Source: Rhodosorus marinus CCMP1338 (taxonomy: Eukaryota; Plantae; Rhodophyta). Taken from it: DNA of 64,000 nucleotides. Below, piece after piece: positions 38,850 to 51,000 of the stretch (its first letter is position 1; each line of letters starts with the position of its first letter). The notes beneath the pieces were generated by a model. The model was not told the DNA's origin. It did no database searches and saw only the letters and a list, made by a program, of their open reading frames with translations. Both the position numbers and the translations under genes were made by a program. The stretch spans positions 310,001 to 374,000 of the forward strand of contig JAMWBK010000004.1 of NCBI GenBank assembly GCA_029953675.1, given 5' to 3'.

Positions 38850-39128
38850 TGGAACGCCGTACTGCAAGGGTCTAGCTCAACACGGCAGGATTGACGCGTA
38901 GTACCGAATGCAGATGCTACCAAAGTCATCACCTCCTCGTACCCTTTTCACTGACAATTCTCTCGAAAACTTCGCGCTTTCTAAAAACCGACGTTCCAGA
39001 TCTAGAGTTTTATCTAGGCCCCCTCGAAAGGCGCACTTAGGTTCATTCTTCTACCAGGTATCGCAACTTCAGTTAACGCGATAGCTTCAGTTCAAAAGCA
39101 ATACCTTCCTCATTGTCACAACCTTGAG

Positions 39129-39220
39129 CTTGGCGGTCATAATCTCGTTCAAAACTAAGGGGAAAATTGCCGCATGCATGCTCCAAGGCTCCTCCACCAG
39201 CTCGCTATCCATCGCTGTTG
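39129..39220 (-). repeat. Diverged inverted duplicate of 39951-40041 (end of GT61-like exon 1)
   Basis: Reverse complement caacagcgatggatagcgagctggtggaggagccttggag...gcaattttccccttagttttgaacgagattatgaccgccaag aligns with caacagcgttggataccaagctggtggaggatccttggag...ccaattttccccctagttttgaacgagagtatgaccgtcaag. Confidence 0.85.
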
Positions 39221-39384
39221 GATTTGTCGTTGCTGACGAAACCCTCAATCTAACGGGTTTTGGGTTAATCCTATCAAGAATTAACACGTGTCTATTTATC
39301 TACCTATATCCAATAGAAATTCGCCACGGGTCACCGATGGCTTGGGGGGGGTAAACTAACTTTTGACTAGAGTCGGGAGGGGAA

Positions 39385-39426
39385 GGAGGAGGAAGAGGAG
39401 GAGGAAGAGGAGGAGGAAGAGGAGGA
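39385..39426 (+). repeat. Tandem repeat (GGAGGAGGAAGA) x3.5
   Basis: Three exact 12-nt units plus a half unit. Confidence 0.9.
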
Positions 39427-39573
39427 TTTGATCGGATGAAGAAGAGGAGAAGATCACCATTTCGACAACGTGAACTGTTTGCTGTAACTGTATGGAGTTG
39501 TAGTAGTGAAAACAACACGTAATGGATAATCGTAGAAAGGGACTGTAGTGCGCCTTGGGCAGGGTTTCGAACT

Positions 39574-40916
39574 ATGAAACTATTTGGAGATATCTGGTTC
39601 CTGGTTATGTTGGCGACTTTCTTGCGGGTAGACGCCCAGAAGATCAAAAGCTGGGAAAATGGACCTTCCTTGCAAGCTTCGAGGGAAAAACTTGATCAAT
39701 TCATTGTTTCTTCGATGACCGACAGGAAGAAAGGTAGGGAGACTCTCACCCCAACGAAGGAGTCTGAATGCGCATTGCCCATGGAGGTTTTGTACTTGGC
39801 GCCTGTGCTATTCAAAGCGGAGGAGGAATTCAGTTTCAAACAGTTTTCCGGATATAATTGCCGTGGTCTCTCAATGGCAGGGCTCAAATTACCATTCGTA
39901 TCGTTGTATAATTCTGGAGCTCTGGACGCTAGCGGCAGATTCCTTGGGTGCAACAGCGTTGGATACCAAGCTGGTGGAGGATCCTTGGAGTATTCATGGC
40001 CAATTTTCCCCCTAGTTTTGAACGAGAGTATGACCGTCAAGGTATAGATATAAGAAATCTCGAAGACCTCAATCGGGAGTTGTTAAGGTTAACACGCTTT
40101 CTGATTCGGAGTTACATTTGCAGGATAGAAGAGGAGCTCCTCGCACCGTGCGACTTGCGTTTGTCATGACTCACCATCATGCCCAGTCGCTTTACAGATT
40201 TCTGACTGAGGCTTTGGGGAAGTATCTAATTGCGCACAAATTCTTGCGCGAAAACCAGAAAGTGGAGATTGTTATCCCTGACTCGGACGCTGTCCAGAAT
40301 CTAATGGTGGCCCTCGGGGAAGATGAGACGAGGCTTAGAAGAGTCAAACAAGGCGACTGGCTTCTGATCCAACGTGGCGTCTTCGCCCCGGCCTACACGG
40401 ACCGCGAAGACAAAAACTCTCACAGAGACCCCTTGTGCTATCATAAATTGACCTCAGCGTTGCTTTTACATATGTTCTTCGACGGGAATACTGACGCTGA
40501 AGTGGATAGGATCGTGATTCTTTCACGCTTTGCGAACACAAAAGAGGACGACTGCAATGTGAACACGTGCCTATTGAATGGGGAAGAGCTCGTATCTGCA
40601 ATCGAGGTATTTCGTCTCACAGCAGGTACAATTTCTTGCTTTGAGTGATTCGCTAAGAAGAAGAGAATTACGTTATAATGAACAGACACAGTTCGCTGAG
40701 GACTACAAGGTCAGTTCCCTTGACCCGCGTAGTGGTCGACCGGGGGAACTCGTGACCGAGCTGGGGCATGCGAGGGCTGTTATATCTTTGAATGGGATTG
40801 GTCTCGGCTGGATTTTGGCCATGCAAAAAGGAAACAACGTAATCGACATTGACTATATGTATCCGAGGAACTCTTACGACGAGCTTCTTAAAAGGTACTT
40901 GCAATCATATACCTAG
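39574..40916 (+). CDS. Secretory GT61/DUF563-like glycosyltransferase (divergent), multi-exon
   Basis: Signal-peptide-like MKLFGDIWFLVMLATFLRVDA. SLYRFLTEAL corresponds to NyyHw..E, followed by RIVILSR and ARAVISLNGIGLGWILAMQKGNNVIDI (A..vi..HGAGL.n...m..g..viei pattern). Confidence 0.55.
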
Positions 40917-43900
40917 GTGCTGGTCAAAGGTACGATAAGCTAACTTGATTCTTTTCTGTCCGCCAAAGACAAAAGCTTGGGGTACATCGCCTCATTCACC
41001 CTAGAGGCCATGGTACTCCCTACGGTCTGGTCGTGGATGTGGAACGGATTGTTGGACTCCTTAACTTATTACTTTAAACAAAGTACGAAGGATTGACTAA
41101 TTTCTTTTCACCTTCGAAGTCGCCTTGTGACAGTCGTTGAATAGATGCTTGGTTGGGTGAATGTAGGTTTCGAACAATGTGAAATTTATGAGGATCACAC
41201 GTTGGGGGACTACAGACACGAGAAAGGCTGATCCCAAAGCCTGGTTTTTCAGTAGATGACATGTAAGCTCACACTAATAACCGCTACAGATCCAGAATCT
41301 GCGATAGCCCCAAGTTCTCCCGTCCCAGGACGAAGCGCGGATTGCAAAGCGGTGCGACGGCCCTCCCACGGACATATTCTAACCGCGTTTGGGTCCGATT
41401 GAACCCTTTGGAAAATCACACAAAGGAAAGTTGGCCTGCTCCATTATAAGCCTAGCTTAATTCAGGAACTGATTTTCTCCTAAGGCGGCGATGCTCGGAT
41501 CTACATGAGGTACTCTGTCCTCATAAACCAAGCGACAAGTTCATATTGACCAATTCCCCCATCTCACCCAACCAGTCTTCCCTCGTTCCTTTTGCCCAAA
41601 GAGAAAATGCCATACCTGTCAAGTGTGCCAGGAAGAGTCCAAGCCTATCGTTCACGTGCGCCGGGGCTATGCCCCGGTCGCGCGGGAGGACAGGACCGTT
41701 GGAATCGACGATCGGACAAGTGGATGGTGCAACCGTTGAAGTCAGCCATATGCACATAAGCCTCACCACCTCCTAAACTATTGTCATTACTATTGACAAT
41801 GGGCGGCGGTTGAAACCTTTCAATGTACGGGGGCTTTGTCTTCCCCAGGCATTCGTGCTTCGGCTCTAGCTCATCTTCTACTACCTCTGGTCATTCACTG
41901 ACTTGGGTTTATGTAAGGTGGTAATAGGGCCATAGGGCCAGCCCTATGTAGGTTTCGATAGGGCACCCCCATAATGAAAAAAAAGCTCGAGGGGGTACCC
42001 CTCGATTCTGAACCGTTCTCATAATGCCATAGGTGCCAATTTTGATGATATTTCCATTGCCCTATGTTTGTGTCGTTTTTGTTTATAAAATAAGCTATTT
42101 TGAAGTATATTCGTGTTACGAAGAAAAATCATAACCCTTTTGTTATAATGAATTATTAAATTAAAATTCACAAGACCAGACTTACTGTATGAGAGACCTG
42201 TGCTTAACTGGAAGACCTTGGAGGAAAAGTTTTGAGCAGAAGTTCACGGAACACTCGCTTTTCCTCGATATACTTAGGCTCTGAATAAACGGATGATGAT
42301 GAATATTCGACTGCATACACGATTGCAACTTTGAGGTAGAGTAAATGTGAAGCGGGCAAACAGCGGTTTCACCAGCTCCTAGAACGGAGCAGGAGAGGAA
42401 GACTTTGAAAACAAATTCTGTACCGGAAGATGTTGATGAGTTCGATACTTCAGCACATATTTGATCCTGATATCTCGGAACACGATCTTAGAGGAGAAAG
42501 CGAAGAGATACTTAGCACTCCTTCCGCATCCGCTTCTTAAAGTTTTTCACAGGCCGAAGGAAGCTATATGGAGATCGGACAGGTCCTGAAATAATTCGAG
42601 GAATCAAAGGACTGGAGTAGAAAGTCAATGTTCACTAAAAAAGGCATGCTTCTAGTAATACAACCTCATCATTGCATATTCAGACATCAAGCCTGAGAGC
42701 ATGAAAACTAAGATAAAAAGTGGGAGTAGAAGAGATGCAACCGCAACAGAAAGCAGTGAAAAAAAAAAGGGTCTCAACGCGTGGTAAACGGGTGTGGTAA
42801 GCCACAAACCAAACATGAACACGCCAAGAAAAAGATGCCGCGGCCAGCTTCTCCGGGGAAGCTCTCGACCCCAACTCTCCTGGTTACCACCGACGGCAAC
42901 AAGGAACGCGTTCACCAAGCGCAGTACATCTCAGCTCTCTAAGGAAGAAGAGCCCTTCGTTGGATCAAGGGCCGCATGATAAATGCAGAGCTAAAACGTC
43001 GGATTCGAAACCTCAGACGGATGTACTTCAACCACACCTCCGCCATAGCATCCTTGTTCGACCATATTCAGTGTTCTTACTCCCCTAACTATCCAACAGA
43101 AGCGATCTTACAAGCTCAAACCTTAACCCATCGACCTCACAACTTCCCACCTGCTGCCGCTGCTGCCGGAGTTCACACCGAAGAACACATTGGCATAGTG
43201 CCGTTGCGCTTGCAAAAGGCTTGCTATAGGGCAACAAAGTTTAAGCGTGCCTGCTTTGGAAGCGACGACTTGGCTGTAGGATAAGGCGCGTTTGAGGACA
43301 CAACCGCTGAAATTAGTACCGCAACATGCATAGGACAGATCGGGCCGGCCCCACCCCCCACAGTGCGTGCCCTACTACCACTTTAGTTTATGGATTTCCG
43401 TTGGTTCTCGTTTGCCTTTGGGAACAGTTCCGCGAACGCCCTGACCGTCTTGTCCTCGCTATTTACCCCGCTTAAGTTTCTTGCTGTAGCGTGTGAACAC
43501 TGTGAATGTTGGAGGCGACGCGATCTTCGCATCGTCTGCTTTTTTGGTTGTGTGTTTCTTTCTTTCAGTCTCCCATTAAAACCAAATTCGCCGCTCAGTG
43601 TTGGAACAAATCTTAGTACACGAAACTTAATCCAAGACGAATCTCGTACTACTTGTAAAATGAATCTAGTCTGCAAATCTAGATGAAAGACATTATGCTT
43701 TGAAGGTGTGGGCCTCCCCACAACAAAGCGAATACATTTTTCTTATTCCGGTTGCGAAATGTTGAGAAATGACCTCATTTTCGGCTTTTTTTTTTTTTTT
43801 TCCGGGTGCTCGGATGCTCCTTTCAAGGAAACTCCGATATCAATAGGAAGCAAAGTGACCTTCGTTTATTAGTGGATGGAGAAGACTTTGATGATCGAAA

Positions 43901-44096
43901 TGGCGATGGGATTGGAGTAGGGGCAGTTGTGTGTGGGATGAGAAAACAAGTCGGCTGATTATCGATAGAGGGGGAATTCAGACAATTAGAGTTAGGAGTT
44001 GGCAACTGCCTTGCTTTCTTCTTCTTTTCTTTTCTCTTGCTTTTTTTTTTTCGTTGTTTCGGAGAGGATTTTTCCGAGGGGTATTTGGAAAAAACG

Positions 44097-44604
44097 ATGG
44101 CGAAGGGAAAGTTGATTGTGTCAATTGTGATCAGACTGATGCTGTCAGCCGTGTTCTTGATGGCAGGAACTGTAAAGCTTACCGATGCAGTTGATGCGCA
44201 AACGCATGAGATGATGCTGAAGGGCTTTGATACCTACGCCGAGTTGTTCAAGATTGATACTTTGGGACTCAACCCCGATCAATTCCGAGTTTTCGTTGGA
44301 ACTCTTGAGGTGAGCATACAAGCCTGGCGCTCTGGAACTCGCATTTTGTGATAGAGATTCTCGCTGAACGAATGCTACTCCGATTCAGGTTATCTCTGTG
44401 ATTCTGCTTTGGTTTGTTCCGTTGGCGGGTTCGTTCCTGCAGGTGGCGGTCATGATTGGGGCTGCGTTCATCCACATGATGGCCTCCGAGTTCAATGAAC
44501 TAGCTTTTGTCTCGGTGCTTGGTATTTTAGATTCTTTGGTTTTCCTCCTCCACATCCCAGCGGAAGAAGCGCCAGCAGCAACTGTCGAGAAAAAGACGGA
44601 ATAG
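44097..44604 (+). CDS. Small 4-TM DoxX/TMEM35(NACHO)-like membrane protein, 2 exons
   Basis: LSAVFLMAGTVKLT...RVFVGTLE|VISVILLW...VMIGAAFIH. One GT-AG intron. Confidence 0.7.
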
Positions 44605-46025
44605 TTCGAGGCTATCGTCCACAGCAATTGGCCTTTGTCGTTGGGTACGACAGTCCTCGGCAAGGATAGTCTCAGCAGTTTGGGATTGTGCCTTGCGAAT
44701 TCAGCAATAAAATGAACGACGGTGGAGCGCAACTCACTTTAGAACTTTTCCATTGCATCAAAATAACCCTAGGAAGTGGACCTGGTTCCTATGAGCAGGA
44801 AGCACTTTTTGGTGAGATCTGAACACGAGATGCCACGTTATATCCAACGTTTGAAAGGAACTTTCCCTGAAGCTCTATACGTTTGTCTAAGTGAGCGTTG
44901 CCTCGATTGACGGGCATGCACATATGCGCAAGATGCCGCGCAAGGAATGAATGGTCAGTTTCTAAATGCTACCTGGAGAAGTGGCTCAGCATGAAGGAAG
45001 CGAATCCTAACCTTTTTGAAACACAACGGGAATAGGATGAAAGGTAAAGATGGACACTAGTCCCGCTTGCGACGAATCAGATGGACGAACAAGGATACAA
45101 TACGAAGATCCGAGACCCGTGGAGAACTGGCAGTTGCCGTAACGATTCAATAGTCAGAAGATTGCAGCAAGATTAGAATAGGAGACCGAGGTCGATCTTG
45201 AAAGGCGTCCTGCGCTGAGTTCCATATGTGAAATACATATGGGAGTTGATCATGGTGCTGGCTATGAGTGAGAAGTCCCCAACTTAGGTCTAGAAATACG
45301 CTGCTCCAGGATATTCTGCAGCGGTCAATGCCTAGCAGAAATCATGGAGGAGCGGGTTATTCTATGTTGGAGCTGTCCCTCCAATGCGGCCAAGATGATT
45401 TGAGCTGGTCCTAAGGTCGGCATCCGTAGTCATATCCATTACGAGAGTGTGACATAAGTACTACCAACAAACACCTTACAAAATTGAACTAAGAACGTGT
45501 AATCTGGGGTTTTGCTCTAATGAAAAGTGCTTCGCAGCACCTCTCGAAACGGTAGAGTGTGATCAGCCGATCATCAGTGCCGCACCAGCCCTGGGAACGC
45601 AGCTCGCAAACCAAATTCGTCTGCCTCCGTTTACAATATAATTCTCATTTCCGTTGTTAAGGTAGATATCTCAGCTGTCTAAATCTGGAAATAGATATAA
45701 GATGATTGTCCTAATTTAAGTGCAATAGTCAATAAAATAACAAAAAATAGAACTTTGATCTAAGCGACTGTTTCTTAATTTGGATGGTGGCCCATTTTTT
45801 GGGTGGCACGTATTAGTTGTTAGGGTTTGCGGATGATGTGTTAGTTGAGGGGCCGCGCGAGGAAGGAGAAGGAGGGAGCCGCGGGGGGGGGGGGGGAATG
45901 GAGCAAGGCTAATCGATTTAGAGGAAGAAAGCTTTGTTAGGTTTAGTTTCGCTTAGAGGGTTTCTGTGGAGTTGAGTTTTAGAGCGGTTTGGAGTTCCAG
46001 TGGCTCTGTTGACCAAGAAAGCGCA

Positions 46026-47150
46026 ATGACGGGACTTGGGTTTTTGCTAGGCGCTGCGGTACAACCCCGTACCCAGCGGATTCGGCGACTGGCTTGCAGA
46101 CATCCTGGAATCAGGAGTCAGGTTGCGCGGAAAATGGTGCTTGATATAGCGGAGATTGAGAAGCTTACTGAGGACTTCGAAGAGAATGATACGGAGCCCG
46201 AGGAGGTGGGTGATCACAAGATAGCTCTCGAAGGAGTAACCTGTTTTCAAAGTTCATTGAATAAGGTTCCGAAACCAACTCTTTTTAAACGTATTCGTCA
46301 AATAAGCTTATTGCGTATATGCTAAACCGCTTCCCCGGGGAAGTTGGCATAGCGTTTTCCGGTGCTGAGGATGTTGCGCTAATAGAGTATGCGAGGAGGA
46401 CCGGTCTTCCATTCAGAGTGTTTTCGCTGGATACTGGTAGACTTTTTCCGGAGACGTACCGATTCTTTCACGAGGTTGAGAAATTTTTCGGCCTAAAGAT
46501 CGAGTATTGCTTTCCAGAATCGGGGGATGTGGAACGCCTGGTCAACGAGAAAGGGTTGTATTCTTTTTACGTCGACGGGCACAAGGTAGAGTGCAACAAA
46601 AAGAATATAGTATGTGCTGGTATGCTCCTTGAGAGCTTAGCTCTTACCGGCGTTGTGTCTCAGGAGTGTTGTGGAGCCAGGAAAACAAGACCGTTGCGAA
46701 AGAAGTTGTCAACTCTCAAGGGATGGATCACGGGCCAACGAAGAGACCAGAGCCCATCGACCCGTTCGTATGTTCATACAGTTGAGGTAGATTCGATCTT
46801 CAAGGGAGTTAACGACGGCGATCTGCTCAAGTGCAATCCTTTTGCAAACATATCTTCTGCCGAGGTAATGCTGGACAGTTGGACCTGAGTGCAAGTTTGA
46901 CACAACCCATCTGACAAGCGGTTGCTGGTTGTTCTGTTCATCGAAACAGGTTTGGGCGTTCATTAGAACGTTGGACTTACCGTACAATGAGCTTCACGAT
47001 CGCGGCTTCGTTTCGATAGGCTGTGAGCCGTGCACAATGGCAGTTCTTCCAAATCAACACGAAAGGGAAGGACGGTGGTGGTGGGAGGAATCGACACTAC
47101 GTGAATGTGGACTCCATGAGGGAAACATGCGCCTGCCATCTGTTGAGTGA
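46026..47150 (+). CDS. APR: Fe-S type adenosine 5'-phosphosulfate reductase (CysH-family), probably plastid-targeted, no C-terminal Trx/Grx domain
   Basis: [72 protein letters not shown]. It has the CC plus CxxC cluster ligands. Confidence 0.93.
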
Positions 47151-48026
47151 TTAATCAGCAGGTGCAGGAATGTTCATGATTGTGTGTGCACCAACAAGCG
47201 CACGACCCGAACTTATGTTTCCTGCTCAATATTGCTAAGTCTCTTGATCTAATTTTTTTTGGCTATACGTAAGTGTCCTTTTGTTGATAATGTATCGTCT
47301 TTCATGATCACTCGTCCACAACTCTTTTGCTGTTGTTTAAACCATGTGCAACCATCAAACCGGTTCGTTTGACGTGAACTGCTTGAACCCCCCAGCTCGC
47401 ACTCCTCCGTCGCTGAGTCCTCGTCCCAACCGGGGTCGAGGGGAAGGGTGGAAGTTGCTTGCTCCCCATTCCGGAAGCCAACGAGCGTCGCAATCTTATA
47501 GCGACGATTCGACCCAAAATTTCTTTCCAAAACTTCAGAACTTCGAAAAGGGTCAAGACTGGTCAACGACTCAAACCACCAACCTTTCATGGAGACTGTC
47601 CCTTTAGTTGGTCCTTTTTGGAAAAGACTTCAATTCCAGTCAACATACAATAATGATTGATCTAATTGATTGCGCAGCCAAAGGACTGAGAGAGCTTTTC
47701 AACTTCTTACTTAAGTTGACAGCCTGTCCCTAGACGGGTGTGCCTTTTTTCCATTTCTGTCTCTTTGATAAGAGAGCACATACTTAAACAGTGTGCATGG
47801 CTTGGGCTGATGAGATTCTTGGGAGAAGGGCGTGGATTCTGGATATGTCAGGTTGTACAAGTTCATCAGCGCTGGTTGCTCTCTTCCTTCAGGGTCTCAG
47901 CAACGGGTTTGTTGGGCGGCGGCGGGGTTTAAAAATGTTCTGCAGGACCTTCTGTTGATGCGCGTTTTGTACTTGCTAAATGCGTACTGATGAGAAAGAC
48001 AGATGGGTGGATAAGAATATTGTGAA

Positions 48027-51000
48027 ATGGAACCTGTTGCACTCAGTTCACGGGACGACAACGCTGTCCAGTCTGGAAGCTCTTCAGCGAATAGGGAACA
48101 GCGACCCGACTCAATCGCGCCGCGGTCAAAGTCCGACGTATCTGGACAGAACTTGAGGAGCGTTCAGACGAGGTACTGTGGATACGAGGGAACGAATCGT
48201 AGATCCCACTTGTTAAGTTGGAGCCTGAGACTGTCTCCATTTCACTCGTGTTTGCTTCTTCCGACCCGCGCTTTAGTAATGAAAATTTTGAACGATTGGA
48301 AACTTTACAGAATCCACTCAGGAACAACTTGGCGAAGTATGCGGTTACTGAGCTACTAAGGCAATACCGGGAAACCGCGGAGTGGCTCATTGTAGACGAA
48401 CTTCCGCATCAAGGAAAGTTTGGAACTGTTCTTCTAACGTTTGGGAAGCTGAGACCGACCATTTCGGATGAATATCCTGACTTTGTGAGTGCACAGGATG
48501 TCGCAAATGGCTCATGCTCTTGAGCTCACGTTCGCTAATTATGGCTTTGGCTTTCCTGTACATGGTTAGGATCCGACCAGCTCGGTCCATCACCGAGTCA
48601 GTGCTTCCGAGAAGACTCTCAAGTTTTTACAGGTATTTGTCGCTGGCATATCTTTCAATCTATTCTTTGTACTTCCGGGTCCACTCACGATATCCCCGCT
48701 GTCTGCCCCAGAGCGTAAATGCTCTCTCTGTGCTAAGCAGGCACTTTCAGATGATGGATCTGATACTTACCGCGCTCATGGAGCTCGATATGGAGTTCCG
48801 GGCTAAACTGGCAAGAACCGACGCCGATCAAGTTGATCCACTAAGATGCATTGACCTGATTATCTGCTTCACTAGCTTGGAGATCCTGAAACCAAATCAG
48901 CAGCATCTCCAACCTGAGAAGGAACCCATTCCTCTGTTCGATGACCTTGCCACTCACTTTTCAACCAAACTGATAAGCCTCTTAGAGGAATCCTCAGGGG
49001 ACGAAATCGACGCGGAGAAGAGGTAGGCTGTCAGTTTGCGAGACTCTCAGTACGCGCGCTGGTTGCTAATGCTGCGATTGCTCCCGGTCAAAGGTCCGTA
49101 GTTGCAAATTTAATACGGAGAATTATCGGCCTGCTGTCCACAGTCTCAATGGAGAAGATCCTCGAATCGCTGAACCTGAGTGTTGCGAACATCAGCGAGA
49201 ACCGAATAGTCGTGCCCGTTGGGAAAACGCAGCGGGCCTTTGTCAGCGCGCTGAAGGCAACCAACATTGTTCGCCAGAACGGGAGCAAAGCTGCCAAACG
49301 CGTTAAGGACGACGTCGTAGTAGATGTATTCAGGTAATCTGCACCCCTTACCGCTATGAACGTTCCTTGTACGAAAGCGCATGACTTGCCTAAGTTGCAA
49401 ACTGTCTTTCTTCCGATTCTGTTCAGGCACCTGTCTGGAGTGAGATTGGACTTCAAACTGAACCCAGCGAGTGGCATTGCGTTTCTGAGAATGGTGAAGG
49501 CATACGCGGACATCAACCCTGCGATGGATTACAGAGAGGCGCTATCGGATTTGATGGCTACTGTCCTTCCCCCGGCTTTGGAGGAGGGCCGGCTTCCCTC
49601 TGGAGCTAACGACGATTGGGATGGGGTTGTGAAGGCTCTCATTGACAGGTTTCAGAGCTGGTCGAGGAAGGCTAAGAATATTTCATATGTAAGCAGTAGT
49701 AGTCCGTTTCCTTCAGGCTCACCCACGAACTAGAATTGTACTAAGTCGTCGACGCCCTTCATTTTGCGATTCCTTTCAGGTCTACAAGGGCTACGCGGCC
49801 TTGCTTTGTGTACAGCGGGATTCTAATTTTTACGCAATCTACCGTCCCTTCTTTGACGATGCGATCGCGAACTGTGGTCCCAAGGTGCGTTTCTAATTGT
49901 TGTTTCATCTTATCGGCTCGTTTGGCACTGACACTATAACTGTGATTTGCATGATTGCAGCAAAGCAAATCTGTTCGCCTGGCGGCACTCGAGGCAATCA
50001 AAATTCTAGTGCAGGCGCTTTACTGGAGGTCAAAGCCACAGCAGAGGTTGTTCAAAGAAGAAATTTTCGCTAAGATTCTGTCCACGGTTCTCGCTCCGGG
50101 TTATCTAGCCGACGCGCAGATGATCAATATCCTAGTAGAAATTTTCGATGTTTTCGCCAAAGCAGCCTTTGCGAACGCTCTAGAGGACATGGATGACGGT
50201 GGACAGTCGCTATCCGATACCCCAAGAAAGCTGTTCAGATCGCTGATTAGCAGAGGTTTGCAAAATCTAGTTCCGGATTCTTTAAAAGGTCCTTCGTCGA
50301 TCCACACCCTGACGCGGATAACGATGTTTGGATGGTTGGTTTAGGTGAAGAATCAGTTCTCATTGCGCTGAAGAGCTATCTACACATGCTTACAGTGGCA
50401 CGAGAGGAGAGCAGCCAGTCCTCCCTCCGCGATGAGTCAATACTCCGGAACGGCGATGCCAAGGAGGACTTGTGGACAAGCGGGTTTTCTTCTCCGACAA
50501 TGAGATTCCTCCGTGACACATCATCCTTCATCACAAGAACGCTGAAAGTTTTGTACAAGGAAGTTGGCCAGTACCATGCGGAAGACACTTTCCTCATTGA
50601 AAAAGAGAGAAAGGTGCGTTCGAAAGATTTCCGGGCACTGACGAAAAGTGGGGTTGCCCACTAAGTTGATTCCGCGCTCGTTCTTCTCAAAACTTGACGT
50701 GTCAACAGCTAAGGCAGTTTGCGCAGGCCCTGAAATGCTGGCGTTTTGCTCTTGAAATACTGTCGGAGGATCATCTAGGAGACTTCGTTCACTTAGCGGA
50801 TGAGGTTCGTGGCACGAATAGAACTTTCTCCCATATGGAATATCATTCGACTAAGTTGAAAGCACCTCTGATAAACTCGTGCGCAGGTGAGACCGATTGC
50901 GTTAACAATACACGCGAACGAAGAGGTGCAAGCTGAAGCGACAGGGGTAGTGGAAATGTGAGGGAAAATATGAGAAACGGCCCTCCAGTTAGCATTGGGA

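Noticed and set aside
41985-42005. Short palindrome tcgagggg-gta-cccctcga and nearby tagggc repeats
   Set aside because: An 8-bp stem is too short to be significant, and no element ends could be defined.
42281-42296. 16-nt match (ctctgaataaacggat) to the reverse complement near 342-357
   Set aside because: About one such match is expected by chance in 64 kb, and the flanks do not align convincingly.
42652-43284. Hydrophobic minus ORF and opposite-strand ORF
   Set aside because: No start, splice model or family could be established.
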